From contig OX597833.1 of assembly GCA_951406725.2 (NCBI GenBank), forward strand, positions 35,278,001 to 35,342,000: a stretch of 64,000 bases of DNA. The letters run 5' to 3'. This DNA is from Octopus vulgaris (lineage: Eukaryota). A model generated the notes under the pieces. That model did no database searches, had not been told where the DNA came from, and worked only from the letters and a program-made list of their open reading frames with translations. Of this stretch, positions 55,737-64,000 are shown in pieces (position 1 is the stretch's first letter; each line of letters opens with the position of its first letter). Made by a program: the position numbers and the translations under genes.

Positions 55737-56806
55737 ATATGTATATGTAGCAGGAAGGAAGATATGCATGTTTAAATATATCTGATATAAGAATTTTTTT
55801 TTGCAAATATGAAAAACATTGCATTTTGTAATTATTTCTTTTTATTCTATCACTTCCTTCCGCACTTCATCTCTTCCCCCCACCCTTCTCTCCCGCTTAT
55901 GTAAAATTGACTTTTCGTGTGAAAGACATCTTCAAATTGTTAATGGAGAGATTTGGATTAAATAACTGCAATACAACTGAAGTAAACGGTCCAGTGTTTT
56001 ATTGCTACGATGTTAATAAAAATATTCTTGATACGAGCATGATATAATTTTAAAATATACCGTGTGTGATATTCGCGTCTATTTCAAAGCTGTGCGTGGT
56101 GTAATTTTAAAGCAATAACGCCTACAATGACTAGTCCGATTTTTCCCACAAGCTATCTCACAAGTTATATCATAAGTGGGTATGAACATTATTGAGATAA
56201 TCTTCTTAGTAAGCGCTTTACAAATTGAATATTGAATAAACAAAATTATGAGTTCGTAGAAATAACGAGAAACTGTTATTATCTGCAATGTAAGTCCTGT
56301 TCGATAAGCAACAATTCGTTGTAATGCCTATTGCCTAAGAAGGCGAATCAATGTTGTTCAACCTCAGACTAATACAATTACAAATTCCTTGCTTAATATA
56401 TTCAACAATCTGTGCAAATATTTTTGAACACCAAGTGACTTAACGGATCAGTGGTTTAATGGACTTACAAAAACATACATATGTGTGCTGTGTAAGTGCG
56501 AATATGTACGTATGTGTGTGTGTACGTATAGAGAGAGATAGAAATATATTCGAGAAGATAATTATAGAGTTTCAATTTCATAACTGAAAAATCATTTAAA
56601 TGTACATTGAATGTTTATTTACAAAACAATGCTGCGTTTTCATGCATCTACATGTAGACATGCACACATGTTTCTACACATACTTGTGGGAATTTTCGAC
56701 TCCAGATTCACATATGCACACAGTCGTCCACATTTACACAATGCCAAAACCCCAGTTTACTGTAAATAATATAATTTACACACTTTATACACACATATAT
56801 ATACAG

Positions 56807-56869
<63 letters not shown>

Positions 56870-56903
56870 TATATATGGATATGTATATGTATGTATGTAT
56901 GAA

Positions 56904-56956
<53 letters not shown>

Positions 56957-59544
56957 AGCATATTCATGTACATGTATAAACTCATCATTATATTTTCCCA
57001 TATTTGTATTGCTGTTAATATGTAAATTTATCGATGAAGGAATTTTTTTATTGCTATTGGCCCATTTGTTAATCTGCAGCCTTTTACTCCTCATCCCTAA
57101 ATTGTTTACCAGTTCTATAATCAATCGATATCTGACCTCGCTTTCAACCAGTCAGAAGTCTGCAAAAGCAATTTCCAGAGAATGCATCCCACCACTAAAT
57201 AAAATGGAAAACAAAATCAGGAGCAAAAACGAAAAGTGCCTGTAATTCTTCATAGAAAAGCGTATAATTAAGCGCGCGCGCATATATCTTTCTCCTCTTC
57301 TTCACTCCCCCTTCTATATATATATATGTGTGTATATATATACACACATAAATTATGTAATGTGTGTGTGTCTGTATGTGTTATGTGTGCGAGTGAGGTC
57401 GCCTATATGTGTGACTGTGTGCATGTGTGCGCGTATGTGTGTGTGTCTGTCTGTGTGTGTGTCTTTGTACACCCGAATCTATACCTGTATATATATATGG
57501 ATTATGCGTATGAATGATATTCATATGCGCGCTCTTGTGAGAATGTGTTTCCGTTAAGCTTCCTGGTAGTATACTACAGTGAGTTTGTGTATTGTTTAAT
57601 ATAAGAATAATATTAGAATTGAACAATAGTCTCGGGTGTAGTATGCTATTTAATAAACAGGTTACATATGTAAAGTGATTTTGGAATATTTGTAAATGAA
57701 TAATACACACAAACTAAAAGGAAATAAATATTAAGAAACATAATATAAAGATAGTAAAATATTTCCTCGGACTACTTTTATCCCACTCTTAAGCATTATC
57801 ATTTTCATTATAAGTAACGGCTTTATTTCTATCATATTTACTATTGCAATAAGGCAAAGATAAGAATTGTCTTTCTAGGGAAGTAAATAGGGAAGTAAAG
57901 GGAGATAAGTCAACTAAACAGGATTGCGAGGTTTTTGGTGTAAAATAAAATGCGCTGGAATGACTAAGAGTGATTTGCTGGCAATATCAGCATTAGTGTT
58001 GCTGTTATTGTTTTTTCTTGTCTCCTAGTGACAGATATGTCGGACAACAATTGAAAGACCAGAAGATATCTAAAAAAAAAAAAAGTAAAGACAGTACTGC
58101 AATAAGTTAAAAAGCATCAGCTACACAAAAGCTCATACAATGTAAAAAGTGAGGGAATCAGAGAGAAGCTGAGAAAGAGGAGAAAAAGCGAGGCATTAAG
58201 GGAGGAAACATGCGACGGGAGAAGAAAATGTGAGGAAAATCAGAGGAATGTGAAGAGAGTAAGGTTTGGGTAAAAGGAGTAATTGACTGACTAGAGAGAG
58301 TATTCTCCATGAAAAGCCAATGTAAGGATAAAAGAAATTACACGAAGAGATACTACCAAAGAGGGAAAGCTGAAAGCAAAACCGAAAGAAGGAAATAGAG
58401 ATTCAATAAAAATTTCCGAAAATGCATGCAAAGAAGGGAAAGAGCAAGAGAGTAGCAGAGAGGAAGAAAATAGGGAGATTCTGAATAGACGCAGGAGCGA
58501 GCGGAATATTAGATAGATGGATCGATAAAGGGAGCTGCAGAAAGAAAGAGAAAGGGAGATAGGCATAAGGCAGGCAATCAAACATAAAGATAACTGAGGC
58601 TGAGTTGATAGCTTTCGAACATAGCGGGATTAGCTGATATAGAGAAAGATTTCAGGAGACAAAGCAGGCCGATATACAGGCTGAGCGGCAAGATAACGTA
58701 GTGTGATAGAGAAACGACGACCGACAGATCGTTCGTTACATAGCTCCCTTGACTAGCAGACAGACAAATATGCTGGTCGGGGTGGGGCGTGCAGAGTCAG
58801 CCAGAAGATGATTATGTCTGTCTGCTATGCCAGACATTGAGATTGCTTGGTATTACGTGAGCTATGCATAGTTAGAAATATGCACGTCTGCATTGGCATG
58901 CCTACAGTTGTGCGCATGCATGCATGCATACAAGCATACCATTGAATGACCAAAAGCATTAGCTAGCATTAACCTTGACATGCACACACATTGGCGATCA
59001 TAAACCCGTGTATACTTAGAGTATTCGAGGATATTACATAGTATCACTGTTGTTACCACAAAGCTATGAAATAAATTCTCCGCATGCCAAACATACTACT
59101 TACTGACGATACATACCGAAATATTAAGCCTCTCTTTACAATTATATTTTCGCACATGCATTTGAAAGATGCACACATACTATTAATCCTGCTCATAGAC
59201 ACCTTCGGATATCTAAGGGATTTAAAAGAAGATCACTGCACATGGTCACTCATCTATGTCTATTAGCCATTTATAACACTTTGAGGTAACCGTTAGTCTA
59301 TATAATTCATATTAGAAAATTTGATTATAATAGAAAATGCTTCGGTAATGCTAGAATAATAATTACCAGTGATCACAAAGTTGATGAGTGTGAAAAGAAT
59401 ATATGTAAAATAGTATTAAGTGAACGAATTCGAACAATTATCTGTTTTACTGGTGTTGAAATATTAATAACACAGCGACATCATTATAATACTGATACCC
59501 AGTATCAGATCAGTGTTGCCTAGGTTGCAATATGGCTTCTAATT

Positions 59545-59995
59545 AAGGCGCAAAGCAAGGAATTTTCAAGGAATGGGTTAGTCGACACCATCGACTCCAG
59601 TAGTAGACTTCGACTTTATTTTATCAGCCACAGAAGGTGACAAGAAAAGTTGACCTGGGCAGGATTTGAACTAAGAATGAGCAGGAAGAAATACCACAAC
59701 GAATTTTGCCCAATGCTCTAACGAATCTGACAGTTCACCACCTCTATCAATGTTGAAAAATGTATTTCCTTATTGCTCACAGGGGCTAAACATAGAGAGG
59801 ACAAACAAGGACAAACATAGGAATTAAGTCGATTACCTCGACCCCAGTGTGTAACAGGTACTTATTTAATCGACCCCGAAAGGATGAAAGGCAAAGTCAA
59901 CCTCGGCAGAATTTGAATTCAGAACATAACGGCAAACGAAATAGCGATTAGCTTTTCGCCCGGCGTGCTAAGGATTATGCCAGCTCATCGCCCTC
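59545..59995 (-). mobile_element. Two tandem SINE family B copies (59545-59745 degenerate; 59763-59995 better preserved)
   Basis: atcgaccccgaaaggatgaaaggcaaagtcaacctcggcagaatttgaattcagaac...cggcgtgctaa...tgccagctc is the reverse complement of 35288-35430. Confidence 0.85.
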
Positions 59996-62196
59996 TATGT
60001 TAAGATATTAAGTATAAAACGTTTCAAAAGTTTCAACAAGAGCAATTATAATTTTAAACAGAACAAAAATAAAACGAAATAGATATTTCCTTTTAAAATA
60101 TATTGCACTCAATTTTCTATTTCTAGAAACGTCGATTAGTTTTGAATTACGCTTATAAAAATCCTGGATATAAAATTTTAAATTGTAACAATTGAGTTTA
60201 AGTTATATTATCAGTCTACAGGGAGTTTACTTTTTAACAAATAATTATTCTGAATTTGGCTATGTCGCCAGTGAAACTTCCAATGAAAGTCAAATACAAT
60301 AAAAAATCATGTAAAAACGGAAGTAATGTCAACTTATCCACAAGCAAAACATTTAACGTGTGAGTGAGTACAATTTGAATTCAAGGTTATATTATAGCAC
60401 AAGGAAGCACTCCAGTTGAAATCATCAAACTTTTAGTTTGAACTTATTGACTAAAATTACTCTTCTTTATGATTATTTGCAGCAAAATATTTAGAGAAAC
60501 TAAGTTAATTTAATGTCAGAAAAATTGGCATTATGTTTGTGTTTCGATCTGTTGTTTTCGTATATCACATGGTAGAAAAATGACAGTTTGCAGAACACCG
60601 TATTGCTTGGGCGAGAAACTGCAGACAAGCATTGGCTTGAAGTTCAGATTGAACCCTTTAACGCTGTAATGCTTATCGGAATTATTTGACAATTGCAATA
60701 AAATTAAACAACTGAAGAAAACATATTCAGAATGGAAACTTTCCTTTCGGTAATTTATTCATTACCGTTACTGAAACTGACAAAATAAAAAAAAGAAAAG
60801 TTCTTCCTATTTTAAAATAAAGTCGACTGACTCAGTATCTATTTAACTGTAACTTAGTTTCAGGCGTAAACAAGAAAAGATTAAACATTTTACGCTCTAA
60901 ATTTCTATGTTCCTTTACCCGTAATGTATATACTTTCCTGGGCACACTAATTGCCGTCGGTAAATTTACAACAGTAATGTTTGATTTCATAATCCAGCAT
61001 TTATTATCATATTAAGGTCATGCGTATGATCTCAACGAATAATTGGAATATAAAAATTTTACGAGCGTGTAATTATTTTCTGAGTCATTATCTTAAAAAT
61101 GCCAATTCACTGTAATACATTATACGTGCAGGCTGAAATAGCTGTTACTTTATTACTGAATGCATAGGGCTATCGCTATTCTGTTGGCGGTAATATCTCG
61201 GGCTTCAATTCTCGGTTGAAGCCACTTAACATACGTGGCTACTTTTTATGAAAACGTAGCCAAAACAATGGAATAAAAATCGAGTCCAAGGAGAACAAAA
61301 AACAACAAAAAGCTAGGTTCCAAGCAAGTTATGTCCTCGACCCGGGAGGGAGAAGGCTGCTTCTTTTAATTTACTGGACTAAGGCAATTTAGAAACGCAT
61401 GAGTATCATAAATTAAAATATGTTATTATAGATGTAAAAATATTGTACTCATGTAAAATATTCCACATGAAATGCGGGATAAATTGTCAATAATATGGTT
61501 TATGGAAAATTGTGTATTAAATATGAAAAGATTCTATTGTTGTAAGATTGTTGTTTATGTCCAAGTATGTTCTTATCGAAGAGAGAAAACCAGCGAAACC
61601 ATCCTCAACTACATTATGAAACACACCCTTCTATTTTTAAGACACTAAGATGTGAGTTAATTCCCCATCGGTTGCTATTTCTAGCAGCTCGAGTTAACGA
61701 ATCAATGATCTCTCGTAGGAACAACGCAGTAACATTTTTGCACTGAAATGCATTCTTGTAGTACTCGACAAATATTTCAATTTTCATTTTATTTTAAAGT
61801 TTTAAATTTGGTTGCATGCAGTAGTTGTGTACGAGAATATATTCATGGGGGAGGGGGGAGCGTTACGTAAAATAATATTTTGATTTAATTTAATGTCACA
61901 CATTGACACCGATTTGCAACAAGTTGTGTAAACGAGAGGGTTTCAAATTCAGTTTCGTCTTTCCTGTGATGAGAAAATATTGATGTGCATACACACACAC
62001 ACACGCTGATAGAGAGATATTTATGTGGGAACGATATATTTATGTCCAGTTGAATGTACAAGACTTGATTTATTTGTTTTTTTATTCGATTCTTTTATAT
62101 TATTGCAGAGATTTACTTTCAAATTCATAGACCACTCTAGTAGTAAACGATTTCCACTGACAAACAAGACAGTTTTTTGTAGAATATAAGGAAAAC

Positions 62197-62200
62197 TATG

Positions 62201-62231
<31 letters not shown>

Positions 62232-62460
62232 ATATAATATAATATAATATAATATAATATAATCCGTTCTGTGTGTGTGTGTGTGTGTGTCTTCTAGGAT
62301 CTCGGGCATCCTCCATCCAATTGCGCTTAAATTTGATACGTAGATACTAACGGTATCAGGGCGTGTATAAGTCTTGAAAAAATTACAAAAATCGATTCCA
62401 GGTGAGAAAGAAGTCGATAAAGCTGTGGGAACGTGCATTTGTAAAATCGTTTTTCTTGGA
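62197..62460 (+). mobile_element. Probable Helitron-like 5' region
   Basis: (TA)n/(ATATA)n, then aatccgttctgtgtgt...ccaattgcgcttaaatttg, a layout typical of non-autonomous Helitron heads. No 3' end identified. Confidence 0.4.
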
Positions 62461-62581
62461 ATAGAAAAAAGTCTATCTTTATTTCTTCTTTTGCTGGTGT
62501 CTCAAATTTAGGTTAATTCAGTGTTTCTCAAAGGGAGGCCTATGGGACGGTCGGACAAATTGTTTTGAGAAAATTTGGCTT

Positions 62582-62635
<54 letters not shown>

Positions 62636-62753
62636 CTGCTCGCTTAGCCAGCGGGGTGGCGTCATTCAAAGGCTAAAACAATGCGAACGCATTGTGACCA
62701 GCGATGTGTAACAACATCTGATGGTCTGGTCGGTCACGTGATCACGTGATCAC

Positions 62754-62802
<49 letters not shown>

Positions 62803-63267
62803 CATGCACATACATACAAACATATATATATACACATATAGAAAGAGGGGGGTATATAATATCCAGGCTGGTACCAAATTTCTCTGATGGTGCGATTTTT
62901 GGTAATCATCATTTAGCTTCCATCCGATGTTCCAGTTTGTTTCTTGGCCTCTTCGAGTGTAAATTTGAATATTCAAACGTCATGTTTATTTCTAGTTAGT
63001 TTATTAACAATAATGTTTCGACTATGATTATGAATAAACTAAACAGAAATAAACATACAGTTTGAATTTTCAAATTCTTCCTTCTCCTCATTCTCCTTCT
63101 GATCAATAACTATCCGGACTTTTGCTATAGTAACGAAGCTAAAGCACGTAGAGTGAAGTCGCTCGGCACAGATTGGCCTTAAACTCTGCTGTGCATGCGC
63201 ACTAAGTTTTACCGTTTTAGCTTACTTCCGCTATCGGAAAAATGCTATGAAAATCCTTAGATGGCTG

Positions 63268-63328
63268 GGTAACTGAAGAGATGGCGGCGTGGATTTCCAC
63301 CCCGGCATCCGAAACTCGGAGTTTTACC
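63268..63328 (+). ncRNA. Type I hammerhead ribozyme motif, core CUGAAGA
   Basis: ggtaa-CTGAAGA-gatggcggcgtgga.tt.tccaccccggcatcc-GAAA-ctcggag-TT-ttacc: 5-bp stem I, long GC-rich stem II, quasi-palindromic stem III. Confidence 0.72.
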
Positions 63329-63416
63329 ATGGTTCCCGAATAATTGTCATATATTACATTTACACATAAATTCCTCTATTCACATAATATCGAGGTCTCT
63401 TATATATATATTACTT

Positions 63417-63539
63417 ATATACAGTCAAGTATATGTCCGGCCATAGAGTGACCACTGATTTCGCATCCATAAAGGGCTTAACCCCATGGATGAGTCGGAT
63501 GTGAAACCATTGGACCGGACATATACTTAATTGCATATA
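63417..63539. repeat. ~120-bp imperfect fold-back containing the 3' half of an HHR
   Basis: aagtatatgtccgg mirrors ccggacatatactt, and tttcgcatcc mirrors ggatgtgaaa. Minus strand reads catccat...atggatgc-GAAA-tcagtgg-TC. Confidence 0.65.
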
Positions 63540-63669
63540 AATACATTACTGCTCTATGCCTTAGAGTGTGCTTTATCGCATATATGATACACTGACAGTA
63601 TGTGTATATATATATCATGTAATACATACAAGTACTTACAAAGCTATAGCTCTTCCATGTACCAGGTGT

Positions 63670-64000
63670 ACACTCTAATCTCTTTCAAATTAGGATCCTC
63701 TGGTTCTATGTACTTGTAGTGCTCGAACCACTTCTTTAAGGCCTCACCCTGACGGTCCTCTGAAGTGAAGAGTTTGTCATAACTTCTTTCATCTTTTCGA
63801 TATCTTCAAAACGACTGCCCCTGAGGTTCACCTTCAGTTTGGGAACTTTAGAGAGTGTGAGAGACTGTTTTGATGCCCATTTCTATCTAGTAGTTGGTTA
63901 TCAGGATGGAGTTGTGGACTGTTGCCTTGTTCTGGTGCAGGTGCTCTGGTCTTTTGCGATGAAATTTCTTCCTGAACTCCTTCAAACCTCCACAAAATAC
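63670..64000 (-). pseudogene. Mariner transposase C-terminal fragment running off the window edge
   Basis: Minus-strand HLHQNKATVHNSIL (cf. HQDNAP.H) and FPKLKVNLRGSRFEDIEKMKE. Confidence 0.8.

Noticed and set aside
60900-61400. Possible Tc1 transposase relic (minus-strand DND and HDLN echoes)
   Set aside because: Too degenerate, and no TIRs were found.
63279-63343. YY1-like AGATGGCGGC and a gene start (MAAWISTPASETRSFTMVPE*)
   Set aside because: The ORF stops after 20 codons, and the sequence is better explained as stem II of a hammerhead fold.

Overview
AT-rich eukaryotic non-coding DNA saturated with microsatellites (TA, TACA, TATC/GATA, CA, CT, TTA, CTT) and short interspersed repeats. 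The composition and SINE families resemble an octopus (coleoid cephalopod) genome; this is an inference from pattern, not a database match. No intact host protein-coding gene is visible: the ORF track is almost entirely microsatellite translation or transposon debris. Recognisable mobile DNA includes a frameshifted mariner (40169-41410), two Tc1/mariner MITE-like derivatives, a mariner fragment at the right edge, a decayed Penelope-like (RT + GIY-YIG) ORF, and decayed HERO-like, R4/Dong-like, RTE-like and CR1/L2-like LINE fragments. There are also Helitron-like pieces and at least three tRNA-derived SINE families. The most interesting signal is about ten minimal type I hammerhead ribozyme (HHR) motifs in several unrelated short non-coding elements. 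These are often built as fold-back or inverted repeats and sit inside (TA)n arrays. One of them is a TSD-bounded composite of a tRNA-like Pol III head and an HHR tail, suggesting Penelope-mobilised ribozyme SINEs or retrozyme-like elements.
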